Part shown: in pieces, positions 10,512 to 20,282 of the stretch
Layout: each line of letters begins with the position of its first letter
How positions within the stretch are numbered: position 1 is the first letter of the stretch
NCBI RefSeq assembly: GCF_044324785.1
Contig: NZ_CP172127.1
DNA from: Escherichia coli
Lineage (GTDB): Bacteria > Pseudomonadota > Gammaproteobacteria > Enterobacterales > Enterobacteriaceae
Strand: one strand, 5' to 3'
DNA length: 64,000 nt
Made by a program: the position numbers and the translations under genes
The notes under the pieces: generated by a model
Seen by the model: only the letters and a program-made list of their open reading frames with translations
Database searches by the model: none
What the model was told of the DNA's origin: nothing

Positions 10512-12938
10512 TTATATTTTTTCGATCTCGACCAGATTAGTGTGCTGCGGGTTTCCCTTCGCCAGTGGTGAAGGGCGCAGAGTGGTTAGCGTATTCACAC
10601 AGCCGCCGTGGTCGATTTTATCGCCAGACATATTGGCCTCGTGCCAGGCTCCCTGACCCATAGCGCTAACTCCAGGAAGAATGCGTGGTGTCACTTTGGC
10701 TGGTAGCCGAACTTCGCCACGATGGTTAAACACCCGCACCATATCGCCGTTGGCAATCCCACGTTTCTGTGCATCTATAGGGTTGATCCACACTTCCTGA
10801 CGGCAGGCTGCCTTCAGGACATCAATGTTGCCGTAGGTCGAGTGAGTACGGGATTTGTAATGGAAACCAAACAGTTGCAGTGGGAAGGTACTACGTTCAG
10901 GGGAGTCCCAGCCTTCAAAGGTTGAGGCATAAACCGGCAGTGGGCTTATCACTTCATCTTTTTCCAGTTCCCAGGTACGGGCAATTTCCGCCAGCTTGCT
11001 GGAATAAATTTCAATCTTACCGGAAGGCGTTTTAAGTGGATTTGCCTCGGGGTCGTCACGAAATGCTTTGTAGGCGACAAAATGACCATTGGGATCTTTA
11101 CGCTTATAGATACCCATTTTTTTCAGTTCGTCGTAAGACGGTAACGCCGGATCTTTGGCAAGCATTTTGGCGTACAGATGTTGTAACCATTGTTCCTGCG
11201 TGCGACCTTCAGTGAACTTTTGATAGACGTCAGGTCCAAGACGTTTCGCGACTTCACTCAGGATCCAGTAAATCGGTTTGCGTTCGAATTTTTCGCTGGT
11301 GACAGGCTGGAGGAAAATGAGATATCCCATGTTACCGGTGTAGTCGTTAGGAATAATATCTTCCTGCTCAACGGTCATCAGGTCTGGCAGCAGAATGTCG
11401 GCATATTTTGCCGATGAGGTCATAAAGTTTTCGATGACCACAATCATTTCGCATTTCGATTCGTCCTGCAGAATTTCATGCGTTTTGTTGATGTCAGAAT
11501 GCTGATTAACCAGGGTATTTCCCGCGTAGTTCCAGATGAACTTAATGGGCACATCCAGTTTATCTTTGCCCCGGACGCCGTCGCGGATTGCCGTCATTTG
11601 CGGGCCATGATCGATAGCATCCGTCCAGCTGAAGCAGGAGATTGACGTTTTGACCGGATTATCAAGCACCGGCAGGCGTTCTATGGTAATGGTATAGGTC
11701 GATTCACGCGCGCCACTATTCCCGCCGCTGATGCCGACATTGCCCGTCAGAATAGGCAACATCGCAATAGCGCGTGCAGTCAGCTCGCCGTTTGCCTGGC
11801 GTTGCGGTCCCCAGCCCTGGCAGATATAAGCGGGTTTTGCTGTGCCAATTTCACGCGCCAGTTTGATGATACGGTCCACCGGGATACCGGTAATTTGCGA
11901 AGCCCACTGCGGCGTTTTCGCTGTTTTATCGTCACCTTCACCAAGAATATAGGCTTTATAGTGACCATTTTTTGGTGCATCTGCGGGTAAGGTTTTTTCG
12001 TCATAGCCGACGCAGTATTTATCGAGAAAAGGTTGATCAACGAGATTTTCGTTAATCAATACCCAGGCAATACCCGCAACCAGCGCGGCATCGGTGCCCG
12101 GGCGAATAGGAAGCCATTCGTCTTCACGACCGGCAGCCGTATCGGTATATCGCGGATCGATAACAATCATTTTTGCGTTCGATTTCTCGCGCGCTTTTTC
12201 AAGAAGATAAGTGATGCCACCGCCGCTCATGCGGGTTTCTGCCGGGTTGTTACCAAACATCACGACCAGCTTGCTGTTTTCAATATCCGTGGTGCTGTTG
12301 CCATCATTACTGCCGTAGGTGTAGGGCATGGCACAGGAAATTTGCGCGGTGCTGTAGGAGCCATACTGATTGAGTGAACCGCCGTAGCAGTTCATCAGGC
12401 GTTTGACCGCCGAGGCTGATGGTGAAGAGCGGGTCATATTGCCGCCAACAATCCCCGAAGAGTACTGAATATATACAGCCTCATTGCCATATTGTTCGAC
12501 GGTTTTTTTCAGGCTACTGGCGATAGTATCCAGGGCTTCATCCCAGCTAATCCGTTCGAATTTGCCTTCGCCGCGTTTGCCCACGCGTTTCATTGGGTAA
12601 TTCAAGCGATCGGGATGATTAATACGCCGACGGATGGAGCGACCGCGCAAACAGGCACGTACTTGATGATTGCCATACTCGTCGTTGCCGGTGTTGTCAG
12701 TTTCCACCCAGGTCACTTCATTATCTTTAACATGCAGACGAAGTGCACAGCGGCTACCACAGTTGACGGAACAGGCACCCCAGACCACTTTCTCGCTGGC
12801 CTGTTGTACCGCTGCCGCTGCACTGCGCAGGGTGAACGGTAAAGAAAAACCGCCTGCAGCCAGCGCCAGAGAACCTATCGCGGTAGATTTAACGAGTGTT
12901 CTGCGGCTGATGCCCACCATTTGTTCATTTTTGGACAT
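10512..12938 (-). CDS. ynfE: molybdopterin oxidoreductase catalytic subunit (putative selenate reductase, DmsA paralog)
   Basis: 808 aa, twin-arginine signal SRRTLVK, highly similar to the adjacent ynfF. Confidence 0.9.
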   Translation of the reverse strand: MSKNEQMVGISRRTLVKSTAIGSLALAAGGFSLPFTLRSAAAAVQQASEKVVWGACSVNCGSRCALRLHVKDNEVTWVETDNTGNDEYGNHQVRACLRGRSIRRRINHPDRLNYPMKRVGKRGEGKFERISWDEALDTIASSLKKTVEQYGNEAVYIQYSSGIVGGNMTRSSPSASAVKRLMNCYGGSLNQYGSYSTAQISCAMPYTYGSNDGNSTTDIENSKLVVMFGNNPAETRMSGGGITYLLEKAREKSNAKMIVIDPRYTDTAAGREDEWLPIRPGTDAALVAGIAWVLINENLVDQPFLDKYCVGYDEKTLPADAPKNGHYKAYILGEGDDKTAKTPQWASQITGIPVDRIIKLAREIGTAKPAYICQGWGPQRQANGELTARAIAMLPILTGNVGISGGNSGARESTYTITIERLPVLDNPVKTSISCFSWTDAIDHGPQMTAIRDGVRGKDKLDVPIKFIWNYAGNTLVNQHSDINKTHEILQDESKCEMIVVIENFMTSSAKYADILLPDLMTVEQEDIIPNDYTGNMGYLIFLQPVTSEKFERKPIYWILSEVAKRLGPDVYQKFTEGRTQEQWLQHLYAKMLAKDPALPSYDELKKMGIYKRKDPNGHFVAYKAFRDDPEANPLKTPSGKIEIYSSKLAEIARTWELEKDEVISPLPVYASTFEGWDSPERSTFPLQLFGFHYKSRTHSTYGNIDVLKAACRQEVWINPIDAQKRGIANGDMVRVFNHRGEVRLPAKVTPRILPGVSAMGQGAWHEANMSGDKIDHGGCVNTLTTLRPSPLAKGNPQHTNLVEIEKI

Positions 12939-13136
12939 AACTCACTCCCTGTTCTTTATCGTTATATAAAAGTTTATATATTGAATATTTAGCGCGCTAA
13001 CAATAGAGGGAGTCTACCTATTTTGGGTTAAGAATTATTAATCCATATCAATAGAAGGGTATGAGTAATAAGGTGGGATTATGTTGTATGTTCAAATCGC
13101 CGGATGTGTCGTATCCGGCGTTCAGTCGATAATGTG

Positions 13137-13442
13137 TTACTGCGGTTCGGCAGGCGCGCCATCCTGGGTAGACTGCGCGGGAGCAGAGACGTTACCGCTG
13201 GTGGTACGGGTGTAGAGAATTTTATGCGTATCATTAGCGCAATGCCCGACGACCTGGGAATCAGGCTGATCAACCTGGTCATTGGGTACAATACTTAACG
13301 TGAAGCTGCTTTCGGGTACGCCATTATTGATAATGCGCTGTGATATATCGCTCTGTATGCGCTCACAGGATCCCGGCGCGGCGAGTACCGCGGGTGAGGC
13401 GAGGGCGAGCAGAAGCGCGGCACAGCAGGTTGAGAGTTTCAT
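13137..13442 (-). CDS. ynfD: secreted DUF1161-type protein
   Basis: 101 aa from MKLSTCCAALLLALASPAVLA with a signal peptide. Confidence 0.85.
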   Translation of the reverse strand: MKLSTCCAALLLALASPAVLAAPGSCERIQSDISQRIINNGVPESSFTLSIVPNDQVDQPDSQVVGHCANDTHKILYTRTTSGNVSAPAQSTQDGAPAEPQ

Positions 13443-13549
13443 CATAAGCTCCTTACGCGAAGATAACTTCTTTAAGCATAGCATTTAACGTGTAAAGTAC
13501 TGTATTTGCTACTATGATTGAGAATCATCTCTACTCTCTGGTGACTGTT

Positions 13550-14260
13550 GTGAAATACAAATTACTGCCATGCTTACTCGCGATATTCCTCACAGGATGT
13601 GACCGCACAGAGGTAACACTTTCATTTACCCCTGAGATGGCCAGTTTCTCTAATGAATTCGATTTTGATCCGCTGCGTGGTCCGGTAAAAGATTTCACTC
13701 AGACATTAATGGATGAGCAAGGTGAAGTGACGAAACGTGTTTCTGGGACTTTGTCGGAAGAAGGCTGTTTTGATTCACTCGAATTACTGGATCTGGAAAA
13801 TAATACCGTGGTCGCTCTGGTACTGGACGCCAATTATTACCGTGATGCCGAGACGCTGGAGAAGAGAGTACGTTTACAGGGAAAATGCCAGCTAGCGGAA
13901 TTACCTTCTGCCGGGGTGAGCTGGGAAACCGATGATAATGGCTTCGTGATTAAAGCCAGCAGCAAACAGATGCAGATGGAATATCGCTATGATGATCAGG
14001 GTTATCCACTGGGTAAAACCACGAAAAGTAACGACAAAACATTATCTGTCAGCGCCACGCCATCAACGGACCCGATCAAAAAATTAGATTACACAGCGGT
14101 TACTTTACTGAATAATCAAAGGGTTGGTAATGTAAAACAGAGCTGTGAATATGACAGTCACGCCAATCCGGTGGACTGTCAGCTAATCATTGTTGATGAA
14201 GGAGTAAAACCCGCCGTCGAACGGGTTTACACCATCAAAAATACTATCGATTATTATTAA
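13550..14260 (+). CDS. ynfC: UPF0257-type lipoprotein
   Basis: Lipobox LLPCLLAIFLTGC; probable GTG start giving 236 aa. Confidence 0.8.
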   Translation: MKYKLLPCLLAIFLTGCDRTEVTLSFTPEMASFSNEFDFDPLRGPVKDFTQTLMDEQGEVTKRVSGTLSEEGCFDSLELLDLENNTVVALVLDANYYRDAETLEKRVRLQGKCQLAELPSAGVSWETDDNGFVIKASSKQMQMEYRYDDQGYPLGKTTKSNDKTLSVSATPSTDPIKKLDYTAVTLLNNQRVGNVKQSCEYDSHANPVDCQLIIVDEGVKPAVERVYTIKNTIDYY

Positions 14261-14262
14261 TG

Positions 14263-14823
14263 CTATTGTGCGGTCGGCTTCAGGAGAGTCTGACCCGGTA
14301 TTTTGTGCTCTGCCAGATACTGATGCTGGAATATGCACATGCGAATGGCATTCCGATATTGACCATTAATAAAGAACTCATGCATCAATTCACCTTCAAC
14401 CGTAAAGCCAAGCTTGCGGTAAATGTGAATCGCTTTTTCATTCTCTTTATCGACGATCAGATACAGCTTATAGAGATTGAGAACGGTGAAGCCATAGTCC
14501 ATTGCTAATTTTGCGGCACGCGTTGCCAGACCTTTCCCCTGATATTCCGGGGAGATAATTATCTGAAATTCTGCGCGGCGATGAACATGGTTAATTTCCA
14601 CCAGCTCCACCAGACCGGCTTTTTCGCCGTCACATTCCACCACAAAGCGCCGTTCGCTCTGATCGTGAATATGCTTATCGTACAGATCAGAGAGTTCAAC
14701 AAAGGCTTCGTAGGGTTCCTCAAACCAGTAACGCATCACACTGGCGTTATTGTCGAGTTGATGTACATAGCGTAAATCTTCACGCTCCAGCGGGCGTAGC
14801 TTAACACTGTGGGCGCTTGGCAT
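14263..14823 (-). CDS. speG: spermidine N1-acetyltransferase
   Basis: 186-aa GNAT protein matching recalled SpeG. Confidence 0.95.
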   Translation of the reverse strand: MPSAHSVKLRPLEREDLRYVHQLDNNASVMRYWFEEPYEAFVELSDLYDKHIHDQSERRFVVECDGEKAGLVELVEINHVHRRAEFQIIISPEYQGKGLATRAAKLAMDYGFTVLNLYKLYLIVDKENEKAIHIYRKLGFTVEGELMHEFFINGQYRNAIRMCIFQHQYLAEHKIPGQTLLKPTAQ

Positions 14824-14857
14824 AACGTGTCCTTACATTCCTTAAATCAATAACAGG

Positions 14858-15199
14858 TTAGGGGGTAATAACGCGGCCAGTTCGACGGTCCAGGCAGCGC
14901 AAAGTATTTGGCTCCCAGTAGGCATTGATGTTGGCGCTTTGCTCACATTTATCGCGGTTATCAAAAGCGGCGTCGGCTTTATCCCACTCTTTTTCAGTGC
15001 GTTTATTCACTTTCTGGCGCAGATTGCGCGTGTCATTCCATTGCTCTTTTTCCATAGCGGCGTGCTGGCGGCTTTGTGCACTGTCGCCAGACTCAATCAC
15101 CAGTTTGTTAGTTTCGGCATGAACAGTTGTGCTCAATGCCAGTGTGCAAGGCAGCAGAAAAGCGAGCAGGCCAATTCGTTTGCTGAGAGTAATTTTCAT
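14858..15199 (-). CDS. ynfB: UPF0482 secreted protein
   Basis: 113 aa with signal peptide, conserved position. Confidence 0.85.
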   Translation of the reverse strand: MKITLSKRIGLLAFLLPCTLALSTTVHAETNKLVIESGDSAQSRQHAAMEKEQWNDTRNLRQKVNKRTEKEWDKADAAFDNRDKCEQSANINAYWEPNTLRCLDRRTGRVITP

Positions 15200-15333
15200 A
15201 ATTCATTCCCTGTATGAATGATTAAAGGTGATTCTACACCATCCACTGCGAACGCAAAACGTACCAGGAGGATGTTTATATTGATGATATTATGTCGTCC
15301 TATAACTATACATGATGTCAATAAGTGACAAAG

Positions 15334-15660
15334 ATGATTAAAACAACGTTACTATTTTTTGCTACTGCGCTGTGTGAAATTATTGGATGCTTTCTGCCCT
15401 GGTTGTGGTTAAAACGAAACGCCAGTATCTGGCTGTTGCTTCCGGCGGGGATTTCTCTGGCACTGTTTGTCTGGTTGTTAACGTTGCATCCTGCGGCGAG
15501 TGGGCGTGTTTACGCGGCTTATGGTGGCGTTTATGTCTGCACGGCGTTGATTTGGCTGCGCGTTGTGGATGGCGTGAAACTGAGTCTTTATGACTGGACG
15601 GGGGCGTTGATTGCGCTTTGCGGCATGTTGATCATTGTTGCGGGCTGGGGGCGCGCGTAA
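15334..15660 (+). CDS. ynfA: UPF0060 small membrane protein
   Basis: 108 aa from MIKTTLLFF, four hydrophobic segments. Confidence 0.85.
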
Positions 15661-15865
15661 GGACATAAATCCATTTTATCAATAAGATACAAGGAAGTGT
15701 CAGCTGACAAAAGGTATTCTATTTCATCTTTTGTCAACCATTCACGGCGCAAATATACGCCTTTTTTTGTGATCACTCCGGCTTTTTTCGATTTTCATAC
15801 TTGTATGGTAGTAGCTCAGTTGCGTAGATTTCATGCATCACGACAAGCGATGCAAGGAATCGAAC

Positions 15866-17080
15866 ATGAAGATCGTAAAGGCTGAAGTTTTTGTTACCTG
15901 TCCGGGGCGTAATTTCGTCACATTAAAAATCACCACTGAGGACGGTATTACGGGCCTTGGGGATGCCACCCTCAATGGACGTGAGCTTTCCGTGGCCTCT
16001 TATTTGCAGGATCACCTTTGTCCGCAGCTTATTGGTCGCGATGCACACCGTATCGAAGATATCTGGCAGTTTTTCTATAAAGGAGCTTACTGGCGTCGCG
16101 GCCCGGTGACGATGTCGGCCATTTCAGCGGTTGATATGGCGCTGTGGGATATTAAAGCCAAAGCTGCCAACATGCCGCTTTACCAGTTACTCGGCGGCGC
16201 GTCTCGTGAAGGGGTGATGGTTTATTGCCATACCACCGGTCACAGTATTGATGAAGCTCTGGATGATTATGCCCGTCATCAGGAGCTGGGATTCAAAGCC
16301 ATCCGCGTGCAGTGCGGAATCCCTGGTATGAAAACCACCTACGGCATGTCGAAAGGTAAAGGTCTGGCTTATGAACCCGCAACCAAAGGACAGTGGCCGG
16401 AAGAGCAGCTGTGGTCGACGGAGAAATACCTCGATTTCATGCCGAAATTGTTTGACGCGGTACGTAACAAGTTTGGTTTTAATGAACATTTGCTGCATGA
16501 CATGCACCATCGCTTAACGCCTATTGAAGCGGCGCGCTTTGGTAAAAGCATTGAAGATTATCGCATGTTCTGGATGGAAGACCCGACGCCTGCGGAAAAC
16601 CAGGAATGCTTCCGTCTCATTCGCCAACATACCGTCACACCCATCGCGGTGGGTGAAGTCTTCAACAGCATCTGGGACTGCAAGCAACTGATTGAAGAGC
16701 AACTTATCGATTATATCCGCACCACGCTGACCCATGCAGGCGGAATTACCGGTATGCGCCGGATTGCCGATTTTGCTTCGTTGTATCAGGTACGTACTGG
16801 CTCACACGGTCCTTCCGATTTGTCACCAGTCTGCATGGCTGCGGCGCTGCACTTTGATCTGTGGGTCCCCAATTTCGGTGTCCAGGAATACATGGGTTAT
16901 TCCGAACAAATGCTTGAAGTCTTCCCGCACAACTGGACTTTCGATAACGGCTATATGCATCCGGGAGACAAACCGGGTCTTGGCATCGAATTCGATGAAA
17001 AGCTGGCGGCGAAATATCCCTATGAACCTGCTTATCTGCCAGTCGCACGGCTGGAAGATGGCACGCTGTGGAACTGGTAA
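15866..17080 (+). CDS. rspA: starvation-sensing protein RspA (enolase-superfamily mannonate dehydratase-like)
   Basis: 404 aa from [17 protein letters not shown]. Confidence 0.9.
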
Positions 17081-17091
17081 GGAGTAAGATA

Positions 17092-18111
17092 ATGAAAAGC
17101 ATTTTAATTGAAAAACCGAATCAACTGGCAATTATCGAACGCGAAATACCCACCCCGTCAGCGGGTGAAGTACGAGTAAAAGTGAAACTTGCCGGAATTT
17201 GTGGTTCAGATAGCCATATTTATCGTGGGCATAATCCTTTTGCGAAATATCCGCGCGTCATTGGTCATGAATTCTTTGGCGTCATTGATGCAGTGGGTGA
17301 AGGCGTGGAAAGCGACAGAGTCGGTGAACGCGTTGCTGTCGATCCGGTGGTCAGCTGTGGGCATTGCTATCCGTGCTCTATAGGTAAGCCGAACGTTTGT
17401 ACGACACTGGCTGTATTAGGTGTGCACGCTGACGGTGGTTTCAGTGAATATGCCGTGGTGCCGGCAAAAAATGCGTGGAAAATTCCTGAAGCAGTGGCCG
17501 ATCAATATGCGGTGATGATCGAACCTTTTACCATTGCGGCTAACGTTACCGGTCATGGTCAACCGACTGAAAATGATACCGTTCTGGTTTACGGCGCAGG
17601 TCCAATCGGCCTGACGATCGTTCAGGTATTAAAAGGCGTCTATAACGTTAAGAATGTGATTGTTGCCGATCGCATTGATGAACGACTGGAAAAAGCGAAA
17701 GAGAGCGGGGCAGACTGGGCGATTAATAACAGCCAGACACCGCTTGGCGAGATTTTCGCTGAAAAAGGCATAAAGCCGACATTAATTATCGATGCGGCTT
17801 GTCATCCTTCAATCCTGAAAGAAGCCGTAACGCTGGCTTCTCCAGCGGCACGTATTGTATTGATGGGCTTCTCCAGTGAACCGTCTGAAGTGATTCAGCA
17901 AGGAATTACCGGAAAAGAACTCTCTATTTTCTCTTCACGCTTAAATGCAAATAAATTCCCGGTCGTTATCGACTGGTTAAGTAAAGGGTTAATTAAACCA
18001 GAAAAACTAATTACCCATACGTTTGATTTCCAGCATGTTGCTGATGCCATTAGTTTATTTGAACAGGATCAAAAGCATTGCTGCAAAGTCTTACTCACTT
18101 TTTCTGAATAA
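17092..18111 (+). CDS. rspB: zinc-dependent alcohol dehydrogenase family protein RspB
   Basis: 339 aa from MKSILIEK, MDR zinc-ADH motifs (GICGSD, GHE), overlaps the rspA stop. Confidence 0.9.
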   Translation: MKSILIEKPNQLAIIEREIPTPSAGEVRVKVKLAGICGSDSHIYRGHNPFAKYPRVIGHEFFGVIDAVGEGVESDRVGERVAVDPVVSCGHCYPCSIGKPNVCTTLAVLGVHADGGFSEYAVVPAKNAWKIPEAVADQYAVMIEPFTIAANVTGHGQPTENDTVLVYGAGPIGLTIVQVLKGVYNVKNVIVADRIDERLEKAKESGADWAINNSQTPLGEIFAEKGIKPTLIIDAACHPSILKEAVTLASPAARIVLMGFSSEPSEVIQQGITGKELSIFSSRLNANKFPVVIDWLSKGLIKPEKLITHTFDFQHVADAISLFEQDQKHCCKVLLTFSE

Positions 18112-18168
18112 TACCAATAACGGCGAGTAAGTAGTACGCATCTTACCTCTTTTTTAGAGATAACCATT

Positions 18169-18261
18169 ATGACAATAGAAAAACACGAAAGAAGCACTAA
18201 GGATTTGGTGAAAGCAGCAGTATCGGGATGGCTGGGCACTGCGCTTGAATTTATGGATTTC
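18169..18261 (+). pseudogene. ydfJ: 5-prime fragment of MFS transporter gene ydfJ, truncated by prophage integration
   Basis: Reads MTIEKHERSTKDLVKAAVSGWLGTALEFMDF, then runs into AT-rich phage DNA and stops after 11 unrelated codons. Confidence 0.6.
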
Positions 18262-18298
18262 AAGAGTCATACGTGTCAACTATTTGATAAATATTAAA

Positions 18299-19594
18299 TT
18301 AATTTTTCATTGCTTCGTTATGGGGCATGGTTGGGGCAAACTCGCTTAACTGTGTATTTAACAAAGCTACCTGTGCATTATTGTTTTCAGACATCCATTT
18401 TCCGTATACCTGAAATACCATTTGCGCATCTGCATGGCCCATCTGGTTTGCTATAAATGCCGGATTAGCACCAGCTGTCAGCGACCAGCAGGCATAAGTA
18501 TGTCTCGACTGATATGATTTTCGATGGCGGAGTCCGGCACGTTTTATCGCTGCGTCCCACATCTGCCTTATTGAGTCAACGGTAAAATGGTCACCATAAT
18601 TTTTTACTCTCGCTGACACTTCAGGTTGAAAAACAAAGGTGCATTTATGTTTTTCTGTTCTGCCATACTCTCTGAGGTGAACATCAATGATATGCTCTTT
18701 GCTCAGTCTCGTTAATGTCATCTGACTCCGGAGAGCGTCGATTGCTGGCTTAATAAGATGAATGACCCGATTGGTTCCCGCCTGTGTTTTTGGTACCGTG
18801 AAACGGTCTTTTGCTAAATTTCTCCTGATCATCATTGTTCCATTTTTCAGATCTATGTCCTCCCATCCAAGTGCACACAGCTCACCAGGGCGAACGCCAG
18901 TATAAACAGAAACACACCATAAATTTTTGGCTTGCTGATTTCTGCACGCATCGATAAGACGGATGAATTCCTCCCGCGAAAGAGGATCCGGAATGGTTCT
19001 TGATTCCTTTAATGGCGAGATCCCCTTAAACGGGTTATCTGCCAGGTAACCGTTATCAACACCAAACTGGAACACGGCGTTAAGATTTGTCATGTAATTA
19101 TTTACAGTTACAGCCGATCTCCCTGGTTGTGTAACAATATAGTTACTTTTGGGGATCTGGTATCCAGTCAGTAGCTCTTTACGAACCTCCAGTAATTTTT
19201 CTTTATTAATCGATGAGGCAAGATTTTTTTCACCGATTATGCTCAGGATATTTTTGATGACGGCACGGTATGTGTTGAGTGATGTTTTTGCGACTTCAGT
19301 TTCTTTCAGTGCCAGAAATTTTTCAGCCAGTTCTTTTATGGTTAAATCTTGTCGAGTCTCACCAAATTTTTCCAGATTGCGTGAGGAGGGAAACTGTTTT
19401 GCATAGTCGAAAACACCAGTTTTTATTGCGTAACAAACAGAGGCGCGTAGCTCACCTGCAACGCGCCTGTTTTTTGCTGTGTCAGGAACCCCCAGGTTTT
19501 CCCTGACTCTTACGCCTTTATAAACAAACCAGATACGTAATTTCCCTCCATGGTTTTCCACGCCTGTCGGATATTTCATTTCAACTTCTCTCAT
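18299..19594 (-). CDS. phage tyrosine integrase
   Basis: 431-aa ORF at the prophage edge with C-terminal catalytic region (HTYACW...VYGKW); true start may be a few codons in. Confidence 0.85.
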   Translation of the reverse strand: MREVEMKYPTGVENHGGKLRIWFVYKGVRVRENLGVPDTAKNRRVAGELRASVCYAIKTGVFDYAKQFPSSRNLEKFGETRQDLTIKELAEKFLALKETEVAKTSLNTYRAVIKNILSIIGEKNLASSINKEKLLEVRKELLTGYQIPKSNYIVTQPGRSAVTVNNYMTNLNAVFQFGVDNGYLADNPFKGISPLKESRTIPDPLSREEFIRLIDACRNQQAKNLWCVSVYTGVRPGELCALGWEDIDLKNGTMMIRRNLAKDRFTVPKTQAGTNRVIHLIKPAIDALRSQMTLTRLSKEHIIDVHLREYGRTEKHKCTFVFQPEVSARVKNYGDHFTVDSIRQMWDAAIKRAGLRHRKSYQSRHTYACWSLTAGANPAFIANQMGHADAQMVFQVYGKWMSENNNAQVALLNTQLSEFAPTMPHNEAMKN

Positions 19595-19613
19595 TAGTTA
19601 GTGTGGCTTTTAG

Positions 19614-19865
19614 TCAAGTAAGATGACGTCTTGGTCTTGCTGATGCCTGGCGCTCAATCCAGCGATCAATTTCTTCCAGGTTGTAAAAGCATGGACTGTT
19701 ATCCCATGGCATACCGTCATGAGCGACATGCTTATATTCCCTTCCTTCCATAAACGATTTTTCCCGGGCCTTTTTTAACGTACCTTTTTTTATTCCTTTC
19801 AGCGCAATTAACTGCTCTTCGGATACCCATTTGCCGGGAGAGACAATCATGATTACTTCGCTCAT
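19614..19865 (-). CDS. putative excisionase
   Basis: 83-aa ORF immediately upstream of int with a GREY motif reminiscent of lambda Xis. Confidence 0.55.
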   Translation of the reverse strand: MSEVIMIVSPGKWVSEEQLIALKGIKKGTLKKAREKSFMEGREYKHVAHDGMPWDNSPCFYNLEEIDRWIERQASARPRRHLT

Positions 19866-19937
19866 CGATTTCTTTATCTCTTACATCAGACGAGCGCCGG
19901 TTGCAGAATACCAGTCACAACCGGCGACAGTTGAACA

Positions 19938-20282
19938 TTAAGAATCAGCCTGACTCGGGATCAGTTTTTGCCAGATAACTGAAACGTATTTTGCCTGGTA
20001 ACGGGCGTCATCAAGTGCATTATGGCGCTCACCTTCGAATGGAATAGCCGTTCTGGCATCGAAGTCTATGGCTTTCCCCAGCTCAACGATTGTGCGTACA
20101 TCGCGATCGTTGTAGTAACGCCACGGGCAGGGGATCCCCTGCCGTTCGTATGAACGGCGCAAAATCGTGTTGTCGAAGTTGGCTCCATTTCCCCAAACCT
20201 GAACAAAAAATTCACCGGAGTTTTCGTCGATAAATTCCCGCAATTGTAACAGTGCATCATCTAACGGGATTTCATCGGTCAT
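19938..20282 (-). CDS. C-terminal part of a split DEDDh 3-5 exonuclease (Exo II and Exo III motifs)
   Basis: WGNGANFD and HNALDDARY motifs; start overlaps the upstream stop as ATGA; the Exo I motif is in the preceding ORF. Confidence 0.7.
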   Translation of the reverse strand: MTDEIPLDDALLQLREFIDENSGEFFVQVWGNGANFDNTILRRSYERQGIPCPWRYYNDRDVRTIVELGKAIDFDARTAIPFEGERHNALDDARYQAKYVSVIWQKLIPSQADS

